Source of the DNA: a virus | Taxonomy: Duplodnaviria; Caudoviricetes | Direction: 5' to 3' (one strand) | Virus record (IMG/VR): IMGVR_UViG_3300047322_000561 | Coordinates: 2,030-66,029 of that record | DNA length: 64,000 nucleotides | Shown here: in pieces, positions 9,536-19,872 of the stretch | Position numbering within the stretch: the stretch's first letter is position 1 | Layout of the letters: every line of letters starts with the position of its first letter | Translations under genes and position numbers: made by a program | The notes under the pieces: generated by a model | Seen by the model: the letters and a program-made list of their open reading frames with translations, nothing else | Database searches by the model: none | Told to the model about the DNA's origin: nothing

Positions 9536-10488
9536 GCTACTGGGAGGAGAACCTTCAGCAGGCGTCGCTCGAGTACGTCGAGTTTCCCGTGCAGGACAGG
9601 AAGCTCGGCACCGGCCGGCGCAAGGCCAGCACGCAGCTTCCCTACCGCAGCGGGCAGCTCGTCGAGGACATGGGGCGCAAGGTCTACACCTGGACGCTCA
9701 CCGTCCCGCTCTATCGCGGCATGGACTGGCCGACCGAGACGCTTTACCCCGACGTCTATCTTCGTCTCCTGTCGCTCGTGACCGACGAGAGCGTGCGCGG
9801 CGAGGTCAGCTACATCGACCCGGAGTTCGGGCCGTTCCAGGTTGCGATCCTCGACTACGACATCAGCACGCCTGCCGACAAGCAGGACGGCGTGCTCATG
9901 ACGCTGCACCTCGAGGAGCGTGGTCTCGACCAGGACCTGCTCGCCAACCTCTCGCCGAGCAAGCAGGGCGGCGCCACCAAGGCGCTGCTCGCCGCGCAGG
10001 AGGTCGACCAGCAGGTCGAGTTCGACCCGGCGCCGCAAGAGGACAAGCCCGACGTCTCGCTAGGCGCTGCGTGGACAGACTTTCAAAACACGCTCGACCA
10101 GGGCGCGCTCGCGGCGGACGAGATTGCGGCGCTGCTCGACGACCTGTACTTGACTGCGGAGAAGTTCATCAACTTCAGCGCAGCCGAGGAGCTCGAGCGC
10201 TGGTCGCTGTTTCAGAGCGTGATTCGATTCCTCGGCGCTGCAGAGGACGCGGCGGACTCGAGCGCGTCTGACCAGGGCTCGACGAGCGCGCTGGTCGAGG
10301 CGGTGCTGCTCGCCGACATGAGCGCGTTCGACATTGCGACCTACTACCACGACGACGCAAGCCGCGCGGACGAGGTCGTGTTCAACAACCCGGTCTCGAA
10401 CCCGCTGAGCTACCCGCGCGGCAGCACGGTGCGCGTGGCGAGCGATGCGCGCACGCCGGAGCAGCGCGCGACCGGGACCGGCCGGTGA
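9532..10488 (+). CDS. DNA circularization / tail-initiator protein (Mu gpN-like)
   Basis: LQQASLEYVEFPV..GRR..PYRSG..VEDMGRK; LysM-like C-terminus. Confidence 0.85.
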   Translation: MSYWEENLQQASLEYVEFPVQDRKLGTGRRKASTQLPYRSGQLVEDMGRKVYTWTLTVPLYRGMDWPTETLYPDVYLRLLSLVTDESVRGEVSYIDPEFGPFQVAILDYDISTPADKQDGVLMTLHLEERGLDQDLLANLSPSKQGGATKALLAAQEVDQQVEFDPAPQEDKPDVSLGAAWTDFQNTLDQGALAADEIAALLDDLYLTAEKFINFSAAEELERWSLFQSVIRFLGAAEDAADSSASDQGSTSALVEAVLLADMSAFDIATYYHDDASRADEVVFNNPVSNPLSYPRGSTVRVASDARTPEQRATGTGR

Positions 10489-11927
10489 GCGAGCAGCGCG
10501 AGGACTGGGCCGAGCTCGAGGTCGACGGCCAGGTCGTCGACAGCTGGACCAGCTACAGCGCGCAGAACGACCTGTTCACGCCGGCCGACGCGTGTCGGCT
10601 GAGCATCGGCGTCGGCGTCACCAGCCAGCAGGAGCTCAAGCAGAACCTCACGCGCCTGCGCGCCATGTTCACGCCCGGCCGGACCGCGAAGCTCTGGATT
10701 ACCTCAGCCGGCAAGCGGTCCTTGCAGGGCGTGTTCGTCATCGACCGGCGCAACGTCGACAACGACTACGACTCGGGCACGCAGTTCTCGGTCGAGCTGC
10801 GCGACCTGGCCGCCAAGATGGTCGACAGTGCCGCCGACCCCAAGCTCTACGAGCGCGGCGACACGCTCGTCGGCGTCGCGCGTAAGGCCGTCAAGCAGTG
10901 GGGCATCGAGGTCACGGCCGACCACATCGGCAGCCGCGACTTGCGCCAGGCGCGCGTGACCAAGGACAAGCTCGCACGCCTGCAGAGCAAGGCGCGCGCA
11001 GCAGGCGTGCCGCCGCGCCTGATGAGCGAGAAGATCGCAGCGAGTATCGAGAAGGGCACCATCACGTTTGACGACTTCGTCGCTGCGTCCGTGGGCGGCA
11101 TCTACACGCAGAAGGCGTACAAGACGTTCGACGCAGTCAGCGGCACGAGCATCGTCGTGGACGAGAAGACCGACCTTCGCCCGTTCACGCCGGGCGCCGC
11201 GGTCGTCTCGTACAAGGGCTATTACACGGGCATCCCGTACAGCGGCGCGGCCGGGCTGAGCTCGCTCAAGATCTACCAGCTCAAGGTGCAGGACGTGCGG
11301 CCGCAGTCCGGCGAGACGGTCTGGGAGTTCCTCGACCGCTCGGCCAAGCGCAACGGCTTGATCATGAGCATGACCCCAGACGGCAAGCTGCTGTTCTGCG
11401 GGCTGCACTATGACCAGGCGCCGAGCTACCGCATCGTGCGGCGCATCTCGGATGGCTCCGAGAACAACGTGGTCAGCGGGTCTGAGTCGCTCGACATCAG
11501 CAACGTCTACAGCGACGTCGTCGTGTACGGTCGCGCCAAGGGCAAAGACAAGACGCGCACCAAGTTCAAGGGGCACGCGTCGACCAAGCCGAACGAGGCG
11601 GTGCACGTGCCCTACCCCAAGACGCTTGTCGTCAAGGACAACTCCATCAAGAGCAAGGACGACGCGCAGCACCGCGCCGAGTACGAGCTCGCCAAGAGCA
11701 GGCAGGGCGCGCAGGTCCTCGCGTACACGATGATGGGGCACTCGCAGAGCGGGCTCATGTTCGCGGCCGACACGACAGCGACCGTCGACGACGAGGTGCT
11801 CGGTATCAGCGGGACGTTCTACGTGACGGCGCGCGACTTCACGCGCTCGACCAGCATGCCGCCGCGGACCGCGCTCAAGCTCGTTCCGCTCGGCAGCATC
11901 GTCCTATCCACCAGCGGAGACATCTGA
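10485..11927 (+). CDS. baseplate hub (Mu gp44/gpP-like)
   Basis: SWTSYS..DLFTPADA, GETVWEFLDR..G, YSDVVVYG. Confidence 0.82.
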   Translation: MSEQREDWAELEVDGQVVDSWTSYSAQNDLFTPADACRLSIGVGVTSQQELKQNLTRLRAMFTPGRTAKLWITSAGKRSLQGVFVIDRRNVDNDYDSGTQFSVELRDLAAKMVDSAADPKLYERGDTLVGVARKAVKQWGIEVTADHIGSRDLRQARVTKDKLARLQSKARAAGVPPRLMSEKIAASIEKGTITFDDFVAASVGGIYTQKAYKTFDAVSGTSIVVDEKTDLRPFTPGAAVVSYKGYYTGIPYSGAAGLSSLKIYQLKVQDVRPQSGETVWEFLDRSAKRNGLIMSMTPDGKLLFCGLHYDQAPSYRIVRRISDGSENNVVSGSESLDISNVYSDVVVYGRAKGKDKTRTKFKGHASTKPNEAVHVPYPKTLVVKDNSIKSKDDAQHRAEYELAKSRQGAQVLAYTMMGHSQSGLMFAADTTATVDDEVLGISGTFYVTARDFTRSTSMPPRTALKLVPLGSIVLSTSGDI

Positions 11928-12451
11928 TGGGCAATCGCGGCAACACGCGCGAGGTCGTCGGCGAGCTCATCTCGTTCGGCGAGCTGGTGCGCGCAGGCAA
12001 GAACGGGCTCACCGAGACGCTGCGCGAGCACGACGACGACCAGTCCGCCGACGAGTGCGAGGTCTACGGCAGCGCGGGGCTACAGAGCAACTGCCCGCCT
12101 GGAGCGGATCGCATGTTCGTCGACCTGGCGGGTGAGCGCGTGGTCATCGGGCAGCGCGAGGTGCGCTGGCAGATCGCGGTCGAGGCGGGCGAGACGGTGC
12201 TGCGCGCGCTCGGGCCGGGCAAGCCCGCGTACCTCAAGCTGCGTCCGGACGGGACGGTGCTGCTCTCGGGGCTGGGCATCGTGCTCGGCGCGGACACGGC
12301 AACAATGCACGTCGCGCTTGCTGAGCTCGTCGCGACTGCCGTCAACGCGTGCGTCGTGGGGCACACGCACGGCAGCCCCGGAACGCCGGGCGCGATCACG
12401 GTGCCTGTGACAGCGGCGGCCATCTCGAGCGCCGTGGTGAAGTCGCTGTGA
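11927..12451 (+). CDS. baseplate spike (Mu gp45-like)
   Basis: GLQSNCPPGAD, EAGET, C-terminal HTH (HxH) metal motif. Confidence 0.78.
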   Translation: MGNRGNTREVVGELISFGELVRAGKNGLTETLREHDDDQSADECEVYGSAGLQSNCPPGADRMFVDLAGERVVIGQREVRWQIAVEAGETVLRALGPGKPAYLKLRPDGTVLLSGLGIVLGADTATMHVALAELVATAVNACVVGHTHGSPGTPGAITVPVTAAAISSAVVKSL

Positions 12452-12464
12452 CCGAGGAGGCAGC

Positions 12465-13508
12465 ATGTCTGTAAGTTTCATCGACCCTTCCGGTAAGACG
12501 CTCGTCTCGACCAGCGAGCCGCTCGACTTCTCGTGCACGACGACGCCGATCGCCATCAGCATCGGGTTCGGCTCCGTGCGCCCTGAAGAGCGGGTGTATC
12601 GCGACGGCGCGTTCCTGCCGGGCTATCGGCGCAGCACAGCGAGCGCAGGCGTGTTCAGCATCGTGCGCGACCAGGAGTGGCCGGCGAACCCGCAGCTGTA
12701 CGTCGACGAGCCGACGCTGCCGCCCGTTGGTGGCCAGACCATGGGGGCGATCTACGAGGTCGACCTCACGGCCCAGCCCTCGCAGCCCCTCATGGCTGCG
12801 GGCAGCTACGTCATCGACGGCAAGACGTGGTGGGCCAAGGGCGGTCTCGGCAGCCAGGGCGCGCGCACAGAGGTCATCAACGGAAGCGGGCTGCGCTTTT
12901 ACTGGCCGCAGGGCGTGAACTTCCCGGGCGACTACTCATCGTGGCGATCAGGCTATCCATCGATTACGCCCATCAAACGGACGCTGCTCATGCCGCTCAG
13001 TCAGATTGCTGGGTACAACCCGCAGGCAGCGCTAGCGATCCTGTGGCGCTTCAGCAGCAACAGGTCTTTGTCCGCATCGATTGACGGGGCTGGCAACTAC
13101 GGCGGCGTCATGGACGCTGCGCTAAACAGCGCGGACATCCTGCGCGCAGAGCATCAGACGCAAATGTCTGTTTCGCGTGTGCAGCAAACAGGGTCATGGT
13201 GGACCAGCAACGAGAACGGGGACACGCGCAACCCTGGCGGCGCTGGCACCGCAGTACAAGCAGACCACGTGCAAGGCGTCTATCGCTTCCTCGCAGATCG
13301 CTGGTACCCGTTGCTCGGGCCGTGGACAGGCTCTTTGACTGTGCCTGATAACTACGTCTCGGAGATCACCCTCACAGGCGACATGGTGATGCGCAATCGG
13401 TGCTCGGCGAGCCCCTGCTTCCTGTTCGCCTTCGAGCACACGAACGGCGGCTCCGGGATGACCGACACGTATCTGACGCACCTCAAGATTCTGCAGCCGA
13501 AGGTGTGA
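12465..13508 (+). CDS. hypothetical structural protein with atypical-composition C-terminal domain
   Basis: Good RBS (GAGGAGG); within baseplate operon; codon style changes after ~12880. Confidence 0.65.
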   Translation: MSVSFIDPSGKTLVSTSEPLDFSCTTTPIAISIGFGSVRPEERVYRDGAFLPGYRRSTASAGVFSIVRDQEWPANPQLYVDEPTLPPVGGQTMGAIYEVDLTAQPSQPLMAAGSYVIDGKTWWAKGGLGSQGARTEVINGSGLRFYWPQGVNFPGDYSSWRSGYPSITPIKRTLLMPLSQIAGYNPQAALAILWRFSSNRSLSASIDGAGNYGGVMDAALNSADILRAEHQTQMSVSRVQQTGSWWTSNENGDTRNPGGAGTAVQADHVQGVYRFLADRWYPLLGPWTGSLTVPDNYVSEITLTGDMVMRNRCSASPCFLFAFEHTNGGSGMTDTYLTHLKILQPKV

Positions 13509-13512
13509 ACCC

Positions 13513-13950
13513 ATGAGCTCGTCCGCTTCGTACTTCCTGCCGGCCCCCTACGGCGGCACCTCGTCTGCAGGCTCAGGCCCCGCAGCGCTGAGCAAGCCGC
13601 GGCGCTGGATCGACGCGCGCACGCGTGACTGGCTGGTCGAGGGCGGCGACTACAAACAGGACGACGGCTTCACGTCCAAGGTCGTGCTCGCTCTCGGCAC
13701 CAAGCGCGGCACGTGCCAGGCGCACCCGCGCTTCGGCTCGATGCTGCACCTGGTCAAGCACGCCGACGAGCGCGGCCGCAGGCTCTCTGAGAGCTACGCG
13801 CTGCTCGCCGTGCAGCACCTCTCGGACGAGGTGCGCGACCTCAAGGCAACCGCCGAGCTCGACCCCAAGTGGCCGGGCCTCATCTTCATCACCGTGTCCG
13901 GTCGCCGTGGCACGACGACGGTGTACGCGAAGTACACGGCGAGGGTCTGA
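13513..13950 (+). CDS. baseplate wedge protein (Mu gp46/GPW-like)
   Basis: LALGTKRG..PRFGS.LHL motif. Confidence 0.75.
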   Translation: MSSSASYFLPAPYGGTSSAGSGPAALSKPRRWIDARTRDWLVEGGDYKQDDGFTSKVVLALGTKRGTCQAHPRFGSMLHLVKHADERGRRLSESYALLAVQHLSDEVRDLKATAELDPKWPGLIFITVSGRRGTTTVYAKYTARV

Positions 13951-13952
13951 CG

Positions 13953-15845
13953 ATGGCGCTCTCTTTCTACACGATTGCTCGGCTCATCTCGGATGCGAAG
14001 GCCATCATCCGCGGCGGGCCTGCGACGGGCATTGGCACCGAGCTCGGCACGGACACCGACCTCATCCTGAACGCGTCTGCGCGCATGCTGCAGGGCGCGC
14101 AGGTCTCGGCCGAGCACACCTACCAGCAGCTGGACCCGGCGACGGCGGACGCGCAGCGACGCGACAACCTGGCCGACACGTACGGCGTGACGTTCGAGCG
14201 CGAGGCGACGCCTGCGCGCGGGCTGATGGCGATCTACTTCGGCGTGGATTCTGGCGGCGACCCGATCAACCTGCCGGCCGGGCACGTCGTCGAGTTTCCG
14301 GGCGAGCTGTTCGGCGACGGGCAGGCGCGCTCGTACCGCACGCTGCAGGACGTCAATCAGGTAGGGTTTTACCTCTTCGGCGAGATCGCATTCGGGGTCG
14401 GCACGAGCGCGCGCAAGCTCAGGCCAACAGGCCCAGACGGCGTGAAGCTCATCTCTCGGCACGACATCCTGCGCGTGCGGACCAGCGACGGCGCCGCGAT
14501 CCGGGAGACGTGCGTGCGTCGGGTCAACACTGAAGACCAGTCGGTTGATCTGCTGGCCGCGCTCAACAGCGCGTTTCTGGGCACCACGAACGAGTGGATC
14601 GAGCAGATCGCCAAGAACGTGGTCGTCGAGGTCGAGTGCACGACGCCGGGCGCCCTCGGCAACGCGCCCACGGTTCGCCACCGCCACCTCGACGACGAGA
14701 CGCACCTGCTCACGTACTACCTGTTCGAGGCGAGCGGCGGGGGCGAGGCGGTCGGCCCGATGGACGGGGACACGGCGCGCGTCGTGCGCACGCTCGAGGA
14801 CACGATCGCCTACCCGCCGAGCTTCGCCAATGCGCAGCACCTGCGCGAGCTCGCGCTCGCGTGCCCTGACGTCGACCTCGACGACGCGCTCGTGTACCGG
14901 GGCGTGCGCGGCCGCGGCACGGTCGACATCGTCTGCATCGGGCGCAGCGGCTCGATCCGCTCGAGCGCCTTCCCCGACGTGAACCTGAGCTATTGCAGCT
15001 GGGGCAACAACACGCGACGCATCGGAGACGCGCAGGCCGCGCGCGTGCAAGCGTGGCTCAGCTCCAAGCTCGGCTACTTCGACGACGTGCTCGTGCGCTC
15101 GGTCGAGTGGGACTGGCGCGGCCCCTGCTACGCAGCGCCGAGCTCGGTCAGCTTCCTGCAGGCCATCAACGCGGTCGAGGTCATCGTCACGGCGCTCGAC
15201 GGCTACGGCCCGGACAGCGGCACGGTCGTCGAGGTCGCGCCCTACGTGGCAAGCGCAACGCGCCTGTACGCCGCAGCCGACGGCGACCCGATCGACACGG
15301 ACATCCTGCCAGGGCAGCGCGTCTGGGTCACGGTCGGGCACAGCCAGACGGACGGGCGCCTGGCCTACGCGACGGTCGTCACGGAGGTGCTCAACCTCGA
15401 CGCCGAGGGGAAGTACGCGACTATCGCGGACGTGACGGCGCTCGGGCCGGGCGCGAGCGCGCTCGACGGCTCGGACCTGGTGGTGCTGCGCTGGGGCTCG
15501 GCCGGTCGCCTGACGCAGCAGCTGCTCGACGTGGTCTACGCGTACTACGACCAGCTCGGGCCGGGCTCGTACACAGCAGCGCCGTTCGGGCCGGGCTTCG
15601 CCAAATACTTTCAGCCGACCGTCACGACGCTGGCGCCGGGCGTGGGCGCCTCGCGCTGGCCGCCCGAGGGTCGACGCTGGGCATCGGGCGTGCGCGCGAG
15701 CGAGCTGCGCGCAGCGCTGATGGCGGTCGAGGGCGTCGACAACGTGCTGCTGCGCGCTGCAGACGGCAACGGGCAGCTCATCGACTATGACCCCTTGCTC
15801 TTTCAGACCTGCGCGCTCTCGGGCTGCCTGGTCAAGTACCTCTGA
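13953..15845 (+). CDS. baseplate J-like protein 1
   Basis: LDPATAD..YGV..ATPARG, VECTTPGALGN, RGRGTVDIV; start ATG 13953. Confidence 0.78.
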   Translation: MALSFYTIARLISDAKAIIRGGPATGIGTELGTDTDLILNASARMLQGAQVSAEHTYQQLDPATADAQRRDNLADTYGVTFEREATPARGLMAIYFGVDSGGDPINLPAGHVVEFPGELFGDGQARSYRTLQDVNQVGFYLFGEIAFGVGTSARKLRPTGPDGVKLISRHDILRVRTSDGAAIRETCVRRVNTEDQSVDLLAALNSAFLGTTNEWIEQIAKNVVVEVECTTPGALGNAPTVRHRHLDDETHLLTYYLFEASGGGEAVGPMDGDTARVVRTLEDTIAYPPSFANAQHLRELALACPDVDLDDALVYRGVRGRGTVDIVCIGRSGSIRSSAFPDVNLSYCSWGNNTRRIGDAQAARVQAWLSSKLGYFDDVLVRSVEWDWRGPCYAAPSSVSFLQAINAVEVIVTALDGYGPDSGTVVEVAPYVASATRLYAAADGDPIDTDILPGQRVWVTVGHSQTDGRLAYATVVTEVLNLDAEGKYATIADVTALGPGASALDGSDLVVLRWGSAGRLTQQLLDVVYAYYDQLGPGSYTAAPFGPGFAKYFQPTVTTLAPGVGASRWPPEGRRWASGVRASELRAALMAVEGVDNVLLRAADGNGQLIDYDPLLFQTCALSGCLVKYL

Positions 15846-15854
15846 GGGGAGCGC

Positions 15855-17480
15855 ATGCCAGACCAGCCAAGCTACTCGCGTGACGAGCTCGACCAGCAGG
15901 CGCGCGACCTCTTGCGCACGCGCAGGCGCGGCGTAGACGTCAAGGAAGGCTCGCCCTGGGACCTCGACGCGCGCGTGCTTGGCGCGCTGTCCTGGGGCGT
16001 GCAGGCGCAGAGCAAGGTCGCCTGGCGCCTGCTCGACCGCGCCAAGTCGTTCGGGCAGTACCTGCGCCAGTACGCGTACGAGGCCGGCGTGGGTGCGGAC
16101 CTGCCGGCAACGACGGTCGGCGCCACCAAGGCGACCGGGCGCGTCATCCTGCGCTCGACGACGGGCTCTCAGGTGCAGCCTGCTGGCACGGTGCTGCGGC
16201 ACGCGGACGGCACCGAGTACACGCTCGACGCGAACGCGACGACCTCTGCCACCGCAACGCTGGTGCTGCGCGCAGGCCATCGCAGCGGGCGGCGTCGGCT
16301 GTATCAGGGGCATGCGGGCGCAGGCTTTGTGACGGTCGCGCCGGGCATGGTCTTTCGCTTCGCGCGCACGGGCGAGCTGTGCGCGCTCGAGGACACAGAG
16401 CAGTCAGTCGCGCTGCAGCGCTACCTGTTCGACCTGTACATCGACCTCGACGACGACCCGCAGACGCTCGACCAGTTCAGCCAGGAGCTCGGCGCAGTCG
16501 GCGCGATCACCGCCAAGCTCGCAGGCGCGCGCGCGAACAAAGAGTCCAAGGACGTGCTCACGATCGTGGGCCCGGTCGGCACCATCCTCGGCGAGGCCAC
16601 CATCCTCTACACGCGCGGCGGCGCCGACGTCATGGCCCCTGCTGCGCAGCAGGCCGCCATCGACGAGCTCGACAGCGTGCGCGCAGGCACCGGCACCATC
16701 GAGGACATTCGCCAGATCGCGCTGAGCTACCCGCGCGCGCGCATCCGCGAGTGCTACGTCATCCCGGCGACGCACGGCATCAGCACCTACACGCTCCTGC
16801 CCATCCTCGCCGAGGGGCAGTACCTCGGGCCTGCGCTGCGTGCGGATGTGATCGCCTACGTGGCGGCGCGCCTGTCGCCCGTCGACAAGCTGCACGCAGC
16901 GGGCGTGTACGAGGAGGTCGACACGGCAATCGCGACGCTCAACGTCGCGGTCGCCGAGAACTACGAGCCGGACTGGACGCTCGCCAACCCGTCGCAGCCT
17001 GGGCTCACCGTCACGACGACCGGCAGCCAGTCGCTCGTGCTGAGCGCCGTCGATGACATCGCTGTCAACGACCGCGTCATCGTCTCGACGACCGGCATCG
17101 GCACCGGCAGCGGGCCCTACATCGTGCAGCGTCGCGTGACCTCGCTGGTCGGTCTGACCGTGGGGCTCGACCTGCCCCTGCCCTACCCGCCCGGCACCTC
17201 GGACACGCGCGTCACGCCAGGCGGGCCGCTCGCCGACAGCCTCATCGAGGCCATCTACCAGGCGTACGAGGCGCGCGCGCCGAGCGTCGCCTCGACCGGG
17301 CCTGAGATACGCTTCCCGCCGCCGGCGGTGTCGGACGACGAGGCCGGCATCTGCGCAGCGGTCTCGACCGTGCCGGGCGTGGTCGACGCAGAGTTTCTTG
17401 GCGGCGCCCCGGTCACGCTCACCCAGGCGGGCGGCGTGCTGCTGCCCGGCTGCACCATCCTGATGCGCACGGAGCGATAA
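15855..17480 (+). CDS. baseplate J-like protein 2
   Basis: GSPWDLDA, ATKATGRV, PAGT, GARAN, GGAD, VPGVVDA. Confidence 0.78.
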   Translation: MPDQPSYSRDELDQQARDLLRTRRRGVDVKEGSPWDLDARVLGALSWGVQAQSKVAWRLLDRAKSFGQYLRQYAYEAGVGADLPATTVGATKATGRVILRSTTGSQVQPAGTVLRHADGTEYTLDANATTSATATLVLRAGHRSGRRRLYQGHAGAGFVTVAPGMVFRFARTGELCALEDTEQSVALQRYLFDLYIDLDDDPQTLDQFSQELGAVGAITAKLAGARANKESKDVLTIVGPVGTILGEATILYTRGGADVMAPAAQQAAIDELDSVRAGTGTIEDIRQIALSYPRARIRECYVIPATHGISTYTLLPILAEGQYLGPALRADVIAYVAARLSPVDKLHAAGVYEEVDTAIATLNVAVAENYEPDWTLANPSQPGLTVTTTGSQSLVLSAVDDIAVNDRVIVSTTGIGTGSGPYIVQRRVTSLVGLTVGLDLPLPYPPGTSDTRVTPGGPLADSLIEAIYQAYEARAPSVASTGPEIRFPPPAVSDDEAGICAAVSTVPGVVDAEFLGGAPVTLTQAGGVLLPGCTILMRTER

Positions 17481-17481
17481 C

Positions 17482-19839
17482 ATGCAGCTCGGAGTTCTCA
17501 CACGCGCCGGCTATCGAGCGCTGCTCATCCGCCTACAAGGCTCGGGCCTCGCCAACGAGCCTGGCACCAAGCGCTACACGGAGCTCGACGCCGTTGCGGA
17601 CATCGCCGACAAGGTGACGCAGGCGCTCGAGAACGTGACCGCGGGCTTGTTCATGACCAGCGCAGTCGCGACGCTCGACCTCTACGAGCGCGTTCGCTAC
17701 CTGGTGCAGGGCACAAGCGTCACGGACGCGACGCGGCAGGCGCGCCTCATCGCGTTTCACCAGGGCGCGAGCAAGCTCGTGCCTGCACGCCTGGCCAACG
17801 CGTTCGGGACGTACCTTGCGAACCTGACTGGGCAGACGCTGGGCAGCGAGGCTGCGGCGCTCAGGGCGCACGCATCGTCGCCGCTCAGCGCGTTTCTGGT
17901 GGGGCGCAGGGAGACGGCAGCAAACACCGAGCTCAAGCGCCGTGACCTCTGGCCCATCCTCGAGCGGGGGCTGCCTGCGCGCGCGACGCCTGGCCCCATC
18001 TCGACAGCAGACGCAGTCTGGGGCGCAGCGCTCGACCCGGCGAGCATCGCGATGGCGTCGGTCGTGAGCGTGCCGACGAACAAGGCGCGCATCGCTCCGA
18101 TCGAGGTGCCGCCTGGCGGGTCGCTCACGCGCGAGCAGTGGATCGAGCTGCAGTCCATGCTCTGCTGGAAGTCGCACGGCTTCTCCGTCAACCAGGACAA
18201 GCAGGGCCGCACCATCTTCGTGAAGATCACGCTCGCCCCAGGCGCAAGCTTTACCGAGACCTCGCTCGACTATACCGACCGGCTCATCACCGTGGCCGGC
18301 TGCGTCTCAGAGTACTCCGTCGACGACCCTACGGTCCGCTCTCCTGCCGAGCACGTGTTCGCGACGACAGGCAAGACGAACTACGGGCAGAACCTCCGCA
18401 ACTACAACAACAGCAACGGCCAGGGCAACGGCGCCGGCGTGCTCGGCATCGCGGTCGGCGCGATCGGCACGTCGCTCGAGATTGACAACATCACCAACAC
18501 GATGGCGGTCCCGCTCACGCTCAACCTGGCGCTGATGATCCAGGTCACGCCCACCTTCCTGCGAAACACGACGACAGACACGCAGCCCTGGCTCGACGCT
18601 GACACGGTGCTGCGCGCCGACCTGGCCGAGCTGTACAAGGCGCAGGTCGTCTCGAGCCAGAACACGCCGGGCAACTTCGCGGGCGTCTCTGCAGGCGCGC
18701 TGCGGCGCGTCCTGTACACCGGGCCGCTCTACTACCAGCCCGACTATGGCGTGCCGGACACAGCCGTGCTCGACAGCTCTGAGGACTGGCGCAATCGTTG
18801 GGTGCTGGTGTCCAGCTGCTTCATCGCGTCCGGGGACGACGCGATTCCGAACGACGCATTTCCGGTGCCGAGCTGCGACGGCATGTACAACGCGGACGGC
18901 GCGCCGTGGCGCATCTGGTACACCGGGCCGGGCGCAGCGTCCCCGCCTGCCGCGCTCGGCGCCAACGAGCACCCCGTCGAGTTTCCGGGCGTGGGATTCC
19001 AGCAGACGGTCTTCTTTTACGTCGACCCTGCCGGCGCGCTGTGCGTCCGAATGAAGCCCGTGGGCAGCACGCTGCGGCGCGCTGCCAGCTGCATCGCGCT
19101 CGTCATCGCGACCGAGCGCGACGTCAGTCCGATCTCCGTGGCGAGCGTGCCAGTGCATGCGACGCAGGTGCAGACAGTCGACCTCGAGCAGCCCCAGCAC
19201 TGCGGCTGCTTTGCGCAAGGCCAGCAGGGCGGCGCGCCGCGCTACCTGCTCAGCGACGCTGCGCCCAAGGCGGCGCCGACAGCGCCCCCGCTCGGGCTCA
19301 TCACCGAGGGACACTCGCCCTCGCGCCCTGTCTCGTGGCGCGTGCACGAGCGCCTCGGCGCGCTCGACAATGGCACGTACGAGGTGCGCCAGAAGATCTA
19401 CGGGCAGCGCAAGCGCGTCGTGTCGATCGTCGTGCCTGCCGGCGCCACCGTCCCTATCGACGACTTCAACAAGCTGGCAGAGACCGCGCCTGGGCTGAAC
19501 GACCAGGTCGACTTCCGCGACCGATACCTCATCGTGCACGGTCGCGCGAGCTACTCTGACATCCGACTCGGCGCAGCCGTGCCGCTGCCGGACAACATCG
19601 CATTGGCGATCGGGTGGTCGATCTACACGGGGCCGTACGAGCTGGCCGCGCACACAAAAGAGATCAACCCGACGCTCTCGATTCGCTTCGAGTTCGCGCG
19701 CGCAGGCGCAGGGCGCGGCCTGCACTCGCGGCTCGTCCTAATCAACACAGACGCGCTGCCGGTCTACGTGAACATGACTGTCGAGGTCAGCGGCAAGCTC
19801 GGACTGTGCGACTCGCGCCTGTACGGGTACGTCCCCTAA
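17482..19839 (+). CDS. baseplate gpI-like / tail-fibre attachment protein with internal repeats
   Basis: N-terminal TLDLYER..DATRQARL; three D(Y/W/F)(T/R)(D/N)R motifs. Confidence 0.55.
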   Translation: MQLGVLTRAGYRALLIRLQGSGLANEPGTKRYTELDAVADIADKVTQALENVTAGLFMTSAVATLDLYERVRYLVQGTSVTDATRQARLIAFHQGASKLVPARLANAFGTYLANLTGQTLGSEAAALRAHASSPLSAFLVGRRETAANTELKRRDLWPILERGLPARATPGPISTADAVWGAALDPASIAMASVVSVPTNKARIAPIEVPPGGSLTREQWIELQSMLCWKSHGFSVNQDKQGRTIFVKITLAPGASFTETSLDYTDRLITVAGCVSEYSVDDPTVRSPAEHVFATTGKTNYGQNLRNYNNSNGQGNGAGVLGIAVGAIGTSLEIDNITNTMAVPLTLNLALMIQVTPTFLRNTTTDTQPWLDADTVLRADLAELYKAQVVSSQNTPGNFAGVSAGALRRVLYTGPLYYQPDYGVPDTAVLDSSEDWRNRWVLVSSCFIASGDDAIPNDAFPVPSCDGMYNADGAPWRIWYTGPGAASPPAALGANEHPVEFPGVGFQQTVFFYVDPAGALCVRMKPVGSTLRRAASCIALVIATERDVSPISVASVPVHATQVQTVDLEQPQHCGCFAQGQQGGAPRYLLSDAAPKAAPTAPPLGLITEGHSPSRPVSWRVHERLGALDNGTYEVRQKIYGQRKRVVSIVVPAGATVPIDDFNKLAETAPGLNDQVDFRDRYLIVHGRASYSDIRLGAAVPLPDNIALAIGWSIYTGPYELAAHTKEINPTLSIRFEFARAGAGRGLHSRLVLINTDALPVYVNMTVEVSGKLGLCDSRLYGYVP

Positions 19840-19864
19840 AGTTTCCTCGCCGATCTGCCGATAA
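19837..19864 (+). promoter_or_regulatory. sigma28 (FliA/WhiG)-type promoter
   Basis: TAAAGTTT-N12-GCCGATAA, 8 nt before the lipoprotein ATG. Confidence 0.65.
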
Positions 19865-19872
19865 CGTGAGCC

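Noticed and set aside
13794-19725. Long minus-strand ORFs (e.g. 839 and 472 aa) and similar alternative-frame ORFs throughout
   Set aside because: Arg/Ala-rich shadows of high-GC3 genes on the other strand or frame.
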